Assembly (NCBI GenBank): GCA_031291075.1
Contig: JARLJS010000046.1
Span: 2,386 to 66,385 of the forward strand
Direction: 5' to 3'
Source of the DNA: Nevskia sp.
GTDB taxonomy: Bacteria; Pseudomonadota; Gammaproteobacteria; Nevskiales; Nevskiaceae
Length of the DNA stretch: 64,000 nt
The first letter of the stretch is position 1; each line of letters begins with the position of its first letter. The translations under genes and the position numbers were made by a program. Shown here piece by piece: positions 29,148-38,060 of this stretch. The notes below the pieces were generated by a model. The model searched no databases, had not been told where the DNA came from, and saw only the letters and a program-made list of their open reading frames with translations.

Positions 29148-30025
29148 GCGGTGTTTCGCTCGGCTTTTCCCTGGAACCGCTGGTATTGCCGTTCACCCGC
29201 ATCCTGCCGTCGCGGCAAATACCGGAGGGGCTCGTCGGCTCGCGGAAATTCCAGCAGATCAGGTCGTCGATCGAAACAATCGGTTTGATCGAGCCGTTGT
29301 CGGTGACGAAGGCAATGCAGGACTCCGATCAGCATCTGTTGCTGGACGGCCACACCCGTCTTGTCGTGCTGCGCGATCTCGGCCATGCCGAAGTGCCGTG
29401 CCTGGTGGCCACCGACGACGAAGGCTATACCTACAACAACCGGATCAACCGGCTGCCGTCGGTCCAGGAGCATCTGATGATCCGGCGCGCCGTGGCACGC
29501 GGCGTGTCGCCGGACCGGCTGGCCCAGGCGCTCAGCGTCGATGTACGAACCATCGGCAAGAAGCTGTCGCTGCTGGAAGGAATCTGCCCGGAAGCCGTGG
29601 AGCTGCTGAAGGACCGGCAGTTCACATCGGACATTTCCCGCGTGCTGCGCAAGATGAAGCCGATTCGACAGGTCGAATGCGTGGAACTTATGGTGTCGGC
29701 CAATACCATCACCGTCGCCTATGCCGAAGCGATGCTGGTGGCGACGCCGGACAATTTGCTGGCTGAGGGCAAGAAGCCCCGGAAGCTGAACGGCGTCACG
29801 CCGGAACAGATGGCTAGGATGGAACGTGAAATGTCCAATCTCCAGGGGCAGTACAAGATGGCAGAGCAGACCTATGGATTGGATGTCCTGAACCTGGTCC
29901 TGGCGCGAGGGTATCTGGCCAAACTGCTCGAGAACGCCTCCGTCGCACGGTATCTCCGCCAGCGGTACCCCGACGTGATGACGGAGTTCGAGTCGATTTT
30001 GAAGACGGCTTCGCTGGAGCAGTGA
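29144..30025 (+). CDS. Second ParB/RepB-like protein
   Basis: 'IGLIEPL.V', 'LLDGH.R', 'TYN.RINRL'; ATGA overlap with the preceding gene. Confidence 0.85.
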   Translation: MSGVSLGFSLEPLVLPFTRILPSRQIPEGLVGSRKFQQIRSSIETIGLIEPLSVTKAMQDSDQHLLLDGHTRLVVLRDLGHAEVPCLVATDDEGYTYNNRINRLPSVQEHLMIRRAVARGVSPDRLAQALSVDVRTIGKKLSLLEGICPEAVELLKDRQFTSDISRVLRKMKPIRQVECVELMVSANTITVAYAEAMLVATPDNLLAEGKKPRKLNGVTPEQMARMEREMSNLQGQYKMAEQTYGLDVLNLVLARGYLAKLLENASVARYLRQRYPDVMTEFESILKTASLEQ

Positions 30026-30046
30026 GAACTGCACGCTCCAGGGAGG

Positions 30047-30114
30047 GGATTCTACCAATGTATACACATAAATTCACGTATTTTGTTATACATGCGTATA
30101 TATTGGTAGAATCC
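30047..30114. promoter_or_regulatory. AT-rich 23-bp inverted repeat upstream of the AAA ATPase
   Basis: GGATTCTACCAATGTATACACAT versus reverse complement GGATTCTACCAATATATACGCAT (21/23), with a 22-bp spacer. Confidence 0.75.
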
Positions 30115-30118
30115 GCAT

Positions 30119-31315
30119 ATGAATCCAATCAAGAACCCGTTTTCTCCCGGCGCCGGGTCGCCTCCGCCCGAGCTGGTCGGGCGCGACCCGGTGCTGGCCC
30201 AGGCGCGCGTTCTGCTCGGTCGCGTCAAAATCGGGCGATCCGAAAAGAGCCTGCTGCTGACCGGACTGCGTGGCGTCGGAAAAACGGTACTGCTCAACGA
30301 GATCGAACGGCTCGCCCTGAGCGAGGATTACCACACCGTTTCCGTTGAGGCGCACGAAGACAAGCGTTTGGGACCGTTGCTCGCGCCCCACCTGCGGCGC
30401 CTGCTGTTCGACCTCGACCGGGTCGCTGGTGCGGGCGACAAGGTCAAGCGCGGTTTGGCCGTCCTGCGCAGCTTCATCACCGCGATCAAGCTGACCATCG
30501 GGGATGTCGACATCGGCCTCGATATCGACCCGGAAAAAGGCGCCGCCGACAGCGGCGACCTTGAAATCGACCTTCCCAACCTCTTTGTGGCGGTGGCCGA
30601 AGCCGCGGCGGAACGCAAGAGCGCGGTCGCGCTGCTGATCGATGAACTCCAGTATTTCAACCAGAGGGAACTGGGCGCATTGATCATGGCCATGCACAAG
30701 GTGCAGCAGCGCCAGCTGCCGATGTTGCTGGTCGGTGCCGGCCTGCCGATTCTTCCCGGCCTGGCAGGTGAATCCAAGTCCTACGCCGAGCGCTTATTCA
30801 GCTTTCCGGATATCGGCGCGCTGGAGGAGGCGGATGCGGCGAAGGCCCTGCAGGAGCCCGCGCACGCCGCTGGCGTCAGCTTTGACGCCAAGGCCCTGCA
30901 CGAGATATTTCACCTGACCAAGGGATATCCCTATTTCCTGCAGGAGTGGGGTTACCAGGCATGGAATCTGGCACCATCCAGCCCGATCACCCTGGACGTC
31001 GTGAACAGCGCTACCGCCATCGTAATCCGCCGGCTCGATGAGAATTTCTTCCGGGTCCGCTACGAACGGCTGACCCCCAGCGAAAAGAACTTCCTGCGCG
31101 CCATGGCCGCGTTGGGACCAGGCGCCCAACGCACCGGCGACATTGCCGACGCCCTGCGCGTCAAGGTCAACAGCCTCGGGCCGGTACGGGCCAAGCTGAT
31201 CAAGAAAGGGATGATCTACAGCCCCGCGCACGGCGACATGGCGTTCACGGTGCCACTGTTCGACCAATTCATGATCCGGGCCATACCGGTGTTTGCTCAA
31301 TCGCACGAGAAGTGA
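30119..31315 (+). CDS. P-loop AAA-type ATPase with C-terminal winged helix
   Basis: Walker A 'GLRGVGKT', Walker B 'LLIDELQ', 'GYPYFLQ', C-terminal 'R..LIKKG.IY....G'. Confidence 0.88.
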   Translation: MNPIKNPFSPGAGSPPPELVGRDPVLAQARVLLGRVKIGRSEKSLLLTGLRGVGKTVLLNEIERLALSEDYHTVSVEAHEDKRLGPLLAPHLRRLLFDLDRVAGAGDKVKRGLAVLRSFITAIKLTIGDVDIGLDIDPEKGAADSGDLEIDLPNLFVAVAEAAAERKSAVALLIDELQYFNQRELGALIMAMHKVQQRQLPMLLVGAGLPILPGLAGESKSYAERLFSFPDIGALEEADAAKALQEPAHAAGVSFDAKALHEIFHLTKGYPYFLQEWGYQAWNLAPSSPITLDVVNSATAIVIRRLDENFFRVRYERLTPSEKNFLRAMAALGPGAQRTGDIADALRVKVNSLGPVRAKLIKKGMIYSPAHGDMAFTVPLFDQFMIRAIPVFAQSHEK

Positions 31316-31367
31316 ACGTTACCACAGGTGGACGCCGACTACGCTAACAACCTGAAGGCGCTTGATA

Positions 31368-32594
31368 ATGGCAGGTAAGAACGAGAAGGGCCGTCCGCCG
31401 TCTCGCAGCGCGGCCAGCAGCTCGGAATCTGCCCCTCGCTCAAGGGGCCGTACTGACCGTGGCGCGCAGTTTCCCGTTGCCCCGCCCAGGAACGACGTTC
31501 CCGCCGATTATCCCGCTTGGTTTGCGGACCTCAAGGCGCGCATTCGCCAGGAACGGCTTCGCGTAGTTCTGGCCAGCAATGCCATGATGGTAAACCTGTA
31601 CTGGGACATCGGGCGCCGCATCCTGGATAAGCAGGCGGACCAAGGCTGGGGCAGTCGCGTCATCGATCGACTCGCAGCGGATCTTCGGGAAGCTTTTCCG
31701 GAAATGAAAGGTTTGTCGTCGCGCAACCTCAAGTACATGCGCGCGTTCGCAGCCGCCTGGCCCGAACGGACAATTGTGCAAGCGACCCTTGCACAATTGC
31801 CGTGGTATCACCACATCGCCTTGCTGGAGAAACTCGACAGCGTCGACACGCGCCTTTGGTATGCCGCGAAGTCTCTGGAACACGGCTGGTCTCGCAACAT
31901 TCTCGCGTTGCAGATTCAAGCACAGGCGCACCGCCGGCAGGGCAAGGCGCAAACCAACTTTCCAGTCACACTGCCGTCGCCCGATTCGGACTTGGCGGTG
32001 CAGGTTTTCAAGGACCCCTACCTCTTTGATTTCCTAGGGACCGATGCTCCAAGGCGCGAGATCGAGCTGGAACAGGGCCTGATCGAACACATCCAGAAAT
32101 TCCTGCTCGAACTCGGCCAGGGTTTCGCTTTCGTCGGACGGCAAGTGCATCTTGAGATCGGTGACGAAGACTACTATCTCGACCTCTTGTTCTATCACCT
32201 CAAGCTGCGCCGCTACGCGGTGATCGAACTCAAGGCTCGAAAGTTCCAGCCAGGCGATGGCGCGCAGCTGGGCATGTACATGACGGCCGTAGATCGTCTG
32301 CTCTGCCATCCGGACGACAAGCCCACCCTGGGCCTACTGCTGGTACGGGAAAAAAATCGCGTGCTGGTCGAGTATGCCCTGAGCGGCAGCAATAAGCCCA
32401 TCAGTGTCGCCGAATGGGACACCCGGCTTACCCACGCGTTGCCGGAGGAATTGCGGGCCAGCCTGCCAACAATTGAAGAAATCGAGGCAGAGCTGTCAGG
32501 AGTACCGGGCTCCGCGGAACCCACGCATGCCGAGAATGCAGAGGGAAGGCGGAAGCCACGCGCATCGCGTCGCGTACGAACGGGAAAATCGTGA
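31368..32594 (+). CDS. DUF1016/YhcG-family PD-(D/E)xK nuclease
   Basis: 'YWDIG..I', 'GWG..VID.L', 'KDPY.FDFL', 'DLLFYHLKLRRY.VIELK'. Confidence 0.92.
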   Translation: MAGKNEKGRPPSRSAASSSESAPRSRGRTDRGAQFPVAPPRNDVPADYPAWFADLKARIRQERLRVVLASNAMMVNLYWDIGRRILDKQADQGWGSRVIDRLAADLREAFPEMKGLSSRNLKYMRAFAAAWPERTIVQATLAQLPWYHHIALLEKLDSVDTRLWYAAKSLEHGWSRNILALQIQAQAHRRQGKAQTNFPVTLPSPDSDLAVQVFKDPYLFDFLGTDAPRREIELEQGLIEHIQKFLLELGQGFAFVGRQVHLEIGDEDYYLDLLFYHLKLRRYAVIELKARKFQPGDGAQLGMYMTAVDRLLCHPDDKPTLGLLLVREKNRVLVEYALSGSNKPISVAEWDTRLTHALPEELRASLPTIEEIEAELSGVPGSAEPTHAENAEGRRKPRASRRVRTGKS

Positions 32595-32704
32595 AGATTA
32601 TCGTCGACGGGACCGGTTACTCAGTTCGTTGGCCGAGGTCCAGACGGCCATGTTTTGGGCTACGGAACGTTCGACGGCGCTGGCGCATATACATATATAA
32701 GGCG

Positions 32705-33604
32705 TCAGTCGCCGCGGACATAAACGCTGGCGACATACCGCCCTCGTCCATCCCCATGCCCAAGATCCAGCGACGTAGCCGCACGCGCCTCCCGTTCGCT
32801 CAACCCTTGCGCCATGTAAGCCGCCGCCCGCTCCTGCGCAAATGCATACCGCGCGCTATGGCTTTGGATGCCTTCGCGGTGGCAGATGTTCCGGTAGATG
32901 TTCATCGCCTGTTTCAGACTGGCGGCCGGGGTGCCATCGTCGCGGACTACCAGATGCGGCTGGCCGGTCGTTTGAAGGACGGCTTGTGCCGCTTGAATCG
33001 CAGCGAGGGCTCGATCCGGATTTGCCGGATGGACGTCTCTGGGTCGCCCACCCTTCGTCCCTTCGATTACCCGGACGAATCCGCTTTCCTTCAGCTCCCG
33101 TTCCCACCGGGACAATGTATCCGCCTGACCGGCCCGGATAGCTTCTGCTGCCCGCGCTCCGAGATGTCGCTGCAGTTCCAGGGTGGCGCCGGTCCCGGAG
33201 CGTCCAGACGTTTCCATTTTATCCTTGAACGCGTTAAAGGCTGGATCGGATAAAGGCAACTTGGTCCCGATCCGGCTGCGCTGCTCAATGCCGAGGGCTT
33301 TATTACTGTATTCCGGATTGCGGGCCAGCCCCTGCTTGCCGACCTGCTCCAGCACCGCCCGCAGATGGCTCGCTTCGTTCGCCAATGTGCCGGTGGAAAC
33401 ACCCTTGGCCATTCTTGCGGCAACAAAAGCTTTCAGATGTCTGCCGCCGATCTGGCTGGCACGCTGGATACCGTATTTCAGATCATGCATCGTCTTGGCA
33501 AATGTCTGAAACGTCGCCGTCCGTGCCTGCCGGGTCAGACTGGCTCCGCCCAGCTGGAAGCCCACCCGTTTCAGGTCGGCTTCCAATTCAGTCTTCCTGC
33601 TCAT
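32705..33604 (-). CDS. Tyrosine recombinase (integrase-domain protein lacking an obvious arm-binding domain)
   Basis: GGAGGA-like RBS before ATG 33604; catalytic set 'GARAAEA' (R), 'GTKGGRPR' (K), 'HSARY' (HxxR), 'LGHG' (H) and 'SVY' (Y). Confidence 0.85.
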   Translation of the reverse strand: MSRKTELEADLKRVGFQLGGASLTRQARTATFQTFAKTMHDLKYGIQRASQIGGRHLKAFVAARMAKGVSTGTLANEASHLRAVLEQVGKQGLARNPEYSNKALGIEQRSRIGTKLPLSDPAFNAFKDKMETSGRSGTGATLELQRHLGARAAEAIRAGQADTLSRWERELKESGFVRVIEGTKGGRPRDVHPANPDRALAAIQAAQAVLQTTGQPHLVVRDDGTPAASLKQAMNIYRNICHREGIQSHSARYAFAQERAAAYMAQGLSEREARAATSLDLGHGDGRGRYVASVYVRGD

Positions 33605-34560
33605 CCTCGATCCTCCTGTTCCAAAACATCCGACTCGGATCCCGCGTCCGGGCAATCCCGGCAGGGCTTCCCCTGCCTTGTATCCATCACGAGCGGCCGG
33701 ACGCGGTGAAGATCCGGGTAGGTGAGTTTCGTGGCCTCACAGCAGCGCGTGCCGGTGGCATGCGGTGCTGCCCTTTCACCGTTGCCGGTGTCGGGGATCG
33801 AGGCTGCCCTTTTAAAGGGCCGCTCGTGGTTGGGTGACACATCTGAGCTTCATTGCGAAGCCGAACAAGACATGCGCCCGTTGCAGGCGCTTTGAAGCCG
33901 TTTCACATGCTCGGCGCAGGTGAAAGGTCCAGTAGCGAAAGGCATTGCGCCAGTCGAAGGCTGTGCGTCACTCTCTCGGCTTCACCGAGCACAGTGACGC
34001 ACGCGTTGGGGAATGCGCCTTGGCGCAGGCCCGTAAAAGGGCCGAGCGTTGGCGCACGACATGCATCGTGATGTGGATTGCCGCAGGAAATGCGGCAGCC
34101 GACTCATCATCGTCCGAGTCAGCGGATCATCGAAGTTGGGCGTGATGCCCAGGTGTCGAACAAGGACCAAAGCCCTTACGGGCGGGCGGCGCTTCCCAGT
34201 CCATCAGCCGCCTCGGGTGCCTGCGAGCAGGCGGGGTGCGACGATACCCTCGTCGCCGGGGATGAAAGCGTCTTCCGCTCAGGCTCCTTCAATCGAGCTT
34301 GAGCGGAAAACGCCTTCCGCCGCGACCGGCTCTGCCTGGCCGCAGATTACTGGCGGACGCATTGCGCCATTGAATTCCGCTTGCACTCCTCAACGAGGTG
34401 CAGTGAAGCCAAATCAAAACAAAGCTGCCTTGAAGTATGGACCGAGCCCTATGGGCACGCAGCTCTTCCCGATCCGATAAGCTGCTTGAGCAAAATAGTG
34501 GCCACGAGCGTGCGCATTCGCAAGTCGGCATGACGGCCGATTCCTGGAGATTCCTGGACC
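33605..34560 (-). ncRNA. Candidate large structured RNA/leader (or ssDNA-structured origin) upstream of the recombinase
   Basis: No credible ORF; more than 15 hairpins, with GNRA loops and G-U pairs that favour the minus strand. Confidence 0.55.
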
Positions 34561-34573
34561 TTCCTGCGTTATA
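34541..34573 (-). promoter_or_regulatory. Putative -10 box followed by three phased CAGGAA repeats
   Basis: TATAAC (34573-34568, minus strand), then TTCCTG at 34561, 34551 and 34541 (10-bp period). Confidence 0.5.
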
Positions 34574-34630
34574 GCCTGTCTGGGCTGGCGGCTGCGGCGC
34601 GCGCGCAAAATCGCGCATGATCGGCGGCGC

Positions 34631-34930
34631 TCAACAATGTTTCAAGACACGCGCCCAAGCTTCGCGCTCGGCCTCGTCGCGGCTCAGGCCGCCGTCAAAC
34701 TCCATGATGGCCGCCCGTTCCTCGAAATCCTCACGCATGGCGTCAGTGATCGGCATCTGTGCGAGCATCGTCGTGCCGGCCGGCGACACATTGTCTGGTG
34801 ACGTTGCAGCCGTTGCAGACGTGCAATCCGCTGAGCGCGCACATTTCGACGTTACGCCGGCCGTTGCGGGTGACGTTGCAGCCGTCGCAGGGCTGGCTGC
34901 CAGCCAAGCAGCCAGCACATCAACGCCCAT
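34631..34930 (-). CDS. Small hypothetical protein overlapping the primase stop
   Basis: ATG 34930 overlaps the primase end; C-terminal 'FEERAAIMEFDGGLSRDEAE', a motif I associate with phage/satellite primase neighbours. Confidence 0.6.
   Translation of the reverse strand: MGVDVLAAWLAASPATAATSPATAGVTSKCARSADCTSATAATSPDNVSPAGTTMLAQMPITDAMREDFEERAAIMEFDGGLSRDEAEREAWARVLKHC
34799..34890 (-). repeat. TGCAACG-type repeat block A (inverted partner of block B)
   Basis: Reverse complement aligns ungapped to 36650-36741, 62/92 identical, with identity concentrated at both ends. Confidence 0.75.
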
Positions 34931-37664
34931 GGTCGGCTCCCAGTTTGTCAGCACGGATCGGGTACAAGCGCATCGCACGCCCACTGATACGTAGTGGCCG
35001 AGCGCGCTCGCCGCCATCGGGTGCCGGCAGCGCACCGGCCGCCTGCAAGACGTCCAGCGCGCGTTTGAAGTCAAAACCCCGCAGGGCCTCTCGCATGCCG
35101 TCGGAGCTGAACAGGTAGACCCGGCCCGCGCCGCCCTCGTCACGCCACCAGCCGGCACGATCGCGCACGATCGTGTCGGCGAGCGCGTCGGCGCAGGAAA
35201 AGCGCGCATCGCCGTGGCGTTCGATGAAGGCCGACACCTGCTCCAGAATCTGCCGGCGCTCATCATTACCGCGCCCGCGTTGCGCATGCCAGGCGCGGAA
35301 CCCCTCAGCCGCTGCCGCGATCGCCTCGCCGCGAGGCCAGCCGGAGATTCCATACTCGGTCGTCAGTTCGCCCGCCAGAGCCAATAGCGCGAAGCGTGCC
35401 GCCGCGCGCTTGTCCTGTCCCTCGGCGTCGCCGGGGCAAAATTCGGGGCGCGCCTTGATCGACTCCAGCAGAGCGGAACAATCGCCGCCGTCGCGGGCCA
35501 GCCGGTGCAGGAAGGCGCGGCCGGCGTATCCGTAGTGGGTTGCCGCCGCCAGCCGGATCGCATCGGAAAATGCAGTACCGCTCACCATACCATGCAGCTC
35601 GTCCCAGGCACCAAAGCGTCGGGTCGCCGGCACGTCCAACAGCCGGACCGATTGCCCGGCCTTCGCACGGTGTCCGCCTTCGGCCATGGTGGTGGCGATG
35701 GTGCGCTCACCACTGGAAAGCACGATGCAGCGCCAGCGGGTGACGCTGCGGGCGCCGCCGGATCGGGTCGCCCGCTGCTTGCCTTGTCCGTTGCCCAGGG
35801 TATAGACGATGGCGCCGACTTCGCGCGGGTCGCACTCGCTGATTTCATCCAGCGCCAGCAGCCCGTCATTGAATAATGCCGCGGCGCCTTCCATGCCGTT
35901 GGCAGTGGCACGCCAGCTCCGCCGGAAGCTCGGGCCGCCCCAGGTCGAGCAGGCGGCATCGATGGCGGTCGTCTTGCCGGTGGAGGAGTCGCCGACCAGA
36001 TGAATGCCTCCGCTTTCGGCCTTGCACCGGTCGAGCAGCGGCCCGGCAAACGAGGCCGATAGTGCCAGCACCAGCAGCGGATTGCCGACCGAGCGCGCAG
36101 CGATCTCGGCCTGCCAGCCGGCCAGAGTGCCGCCGGTAGTGTGCTCGGCGTGTCCGCGCTCGCTGGACTGGAACGTGACGTCCGATGCCGACGGGCCGAT
36201 CACTTCGTCCGGCAGGACATAGGAATCGCCACACCAGCCCACTTGCGTGGCGCAGCGCATTCGCCGCTGCGGTGCCTTCTGCAGCAGGTATTGGCCCAAC
36301 AGGCGATGCGACAGCAGGTCGATTTCCAGCCCCATCGCCAACAGCTCCGCGCGCAACTCGTCGCCCTTGCCGCTCAGCAGTTCCATGGGCATTGCCCAAT
36401 CGCGCCAGCGCCCGGACGTATTGCGGAACCGCAGCAGCCGGCCGTAATTGTTGTCCTGCGCGTCGAAGGTCACGGCATCCACGTACAGAGGGCCGGACAC
36501 CCATTGCTGGATCGGCGTCGGCGACGTCTTTTCGGTGCCGGGCTTCAGGCCGAAATACCAGACGCCCGGCCGATATTGGGCGCCCTTGTCAGCGTGCCAG
36601 TCCTCGAATACGCAGAATCTTGGCCGGTCTTCCAGGGTGGGAATGCCGGGCGCAACGCCTGCAACGTCTCCCGGTGCTTCGGACGTAATGGCGGAAGCCT
36701 CGTCATTGCTGGACTGCACGTCTGTAACGCCCGCAACGTCAGAATGGATCATTGCGGCTTCGAGTGTCCTTTCAATGATTGAGCGCACGCTTTCCGGCCC
36801 GCGCGCGGCCGCCTGATCGTTGAAGTCGGTCGCCCCATCCTGCCGTTCGCGCCCGAAGTCGGGCAGTGCCACCAGCCCGCCGACAGCACGCGCCGCCTCG
36901 CTAGCCTTCGTCAATCCCGGATTGCCTTCGGTCGTGGTGTCGTCGTCGGCGCACAGAACCAGCGGCAAGCTGGGGAATCGTTCGCGCATTGCCTTGGCCA
37001 CGGACAGCAGGTTGCCGGAGTTGAACGCCACAGCCACGGGCCGGCCGGTTGCCTCATGCACGGTCGCACCCGTGGCGAAGCCCTCGGCGATGCACAGGGC
37101 GGCGGTGCCTTCAACGGCGCCAATGATGAAGTGGCAGCCGGCCATGCTGCCGCCGGGAAGAAAGCGCTTTCCGCCGTCCGGTGCAATGAATTGTAGGGAA
37201 AGCAGTTCGTCTCCAACGCGAGCCGGCGCGATCAATCGCCCACCCCTCGTTCGGAGTCCGTGCGGTTTCACTCCCTTGGCGACCAGGTAGGGATGATCGG
37301 CCGTCGCCGGCATTGCCGCGTTCCAGATTTCGGCCGCCTTGCGCGCAGCAGCCGCGCGACGCCGTGCTTCCCTGGTTTCGCGCTCGCGGCGTATCGCTTC
37401 GACCCTGGCGTGTTGGTCAGTTTCTTCGGCCGCGGTCAGGGTCCGCCCAATGTCTGCCCGCCAGGTGTCCGCGGTGCCGCTACGCCAGTCGCCGTAGGCG
37501 CCGGCGGGGATGCGGTCATTGTGAAAGACGTACCAGCCGGCATCGTCGCCGCGCTTGCCGTTACTGGCGAAGCGGTGCAGTTTGCCGTCCGGCTCGATCA
37601 CGTCCGGCGGATTCAGCCCCGCTGCCAGGATCGCATCGCGGAACTGGGCGATGGGATCGCGCAT
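34920..37664 (-). CDS. Primase-helicase replication protein (Toprim + DUF927 superfamily-3-like helicase)
   Basis: 'IAEGFATG' and 'CADDD' Toprim motifs; 'GDSSTGKT' Walker A, 'LDEI' Walker B, 'SSGE'. Confidence 0.9.
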   Translation of the reverse strand: MRDPIAQFRDAILAAGLNPPDVIEPDGKLHRFASNGKRGDDAGWYVFHNDRIPAGAYGDWRSGTADTWRADIGRTLTAAEETDQHARVEAIRRERETREARRRAAAARKAAEIWNAAMPATADHPYLVAKGVKPHGLRTRGGRLIAPARVGDELLSLQFIAPDGGKRFLPGGSMAGCHFIIGAVEGTAALCIAEGFATGATVHEATGRPVAVAFNSGNLLSVAKAMRERFPSLPLVLCADDDTTTEGNPGLTKASEAARAVGGLVALPDFGRERQDGATDFNDQAAARGPESVRSIIERTLEAAMIHSDVAGVTDVQSSNDEASAITSEAPGDVAGVAPGIPTLEDRPRFCVFEDWHADKGAQYRPGVWYFGLKPGTEKTSPTPIQQWVSGPLYVDAVTFDAQDNNYGRLLRFRNTSGRWRDWAMPMELLSGKGDELRAELLAMGLEIDLLSHRLLGQYLLQKAPQRRMRCATQVGWCGDSYVLPDEVIGPSASDVTFQSSERGHAEHTTGGTLAGWQAEIAARSVGNPLLVLALSASFAGPLLDRCKAESGGIHLVGDSSTGKTTAIDAACSTWGGPSFRRSWRATANGMEGAAALFNDGLLALDEISECDPREVGAIVYTLGNGQGKQRATRSGGARSVTRWRCIVLSSGERTIATTMAEGGHRAKAGQSVRLLDVPATRRFGAWDELHGMVSGTAFSDAIRLAAATHYGYAGRAFLHRLARDGGDCSALLESIKARPEFCPGDAEGQDKRAAARFALLALAGELTTEYGISGWPRGEAIAAAAEGFRAWHAQRGRGNDERRQILEQVSAFIERHGDARFSCADALADTIVRDRAGWWRDEGGAGRVYLFSSDGMREALRGFDFKRALDVLQAAGALPAPDGGERARPLRISGRAMRLYPIRADKLGADHGR
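36650..36741 (+). repeat. TGCAACG-type repeat block B inside the primase-helicase linker
   Basis: GCAACGCCTGCAACGTC ... CTGCACGTCTGTAACGCCCGCAACGTCA. Confidence 0.75.
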
Positions 37665-37690
37665 CCTCGGCGCCCCGCAATCGCCGGAGA

Positions 37691-37930
37691 TCAGATAGTG
37701 GTACGTGCCTGCGCCGTGCTGGTGGCACGGCCCTGGTTCAGCCAAGCATCCAAATCCGCCTTGAAGTAGAACACCTTACCGCGCTTCACGAAGGCCGGGC
37801 CGACGCCGGAGCAGCGCATCATCGCCAGCGTCTTCTCGGATAGGCCGACATAGGCCGAGGCGCTCTTGGCGGTCATGCGGCCATCGGGAAACATCCTGAC
37901 TTCAACAGTTTTTTCGGGAATCGACGACAT
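37691..37930 (-). CDS. Excisionase/AlpA-like small HTH protein
   Basis: 'A.AYVGLSEKTL..MR..G.GPAFVK.GKV.Y...DLD.WL'. Confidence 0.85.
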   Translation of the reverse strand: MSSIPEKTVEVRMFPDGRMTAKSASAYVGLSEKTLAMMRCSGVGPAFVKRGKVFYFKADLDAWLNQGRATSTAQARTTI

Positions 37931-37968
37931 AACGCTGGTTCCTTTTTAATTGCAATATCCGCACATAG

Positions 37969-38002
37969 AGTTTTACAGAACACATATCGTTTGACAAACG
38001 AT
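37969..38002. promoter_or_regulatory. Divergent promoter with palindromic operator
   Basis: ATCGTTTG-A-CAAACGAT (37986-38002) contains TTGACA (+) and TTGTCA (-); minus-strand TAAAAC lies 16 bp downstream of TTGTCA. Confidence 0.6.
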
Positions 38003-38060
38003 TACGATACTGATGGAATATAACGGACGGAGCCAGAATTTCAGCACGCGAGGACATCCG

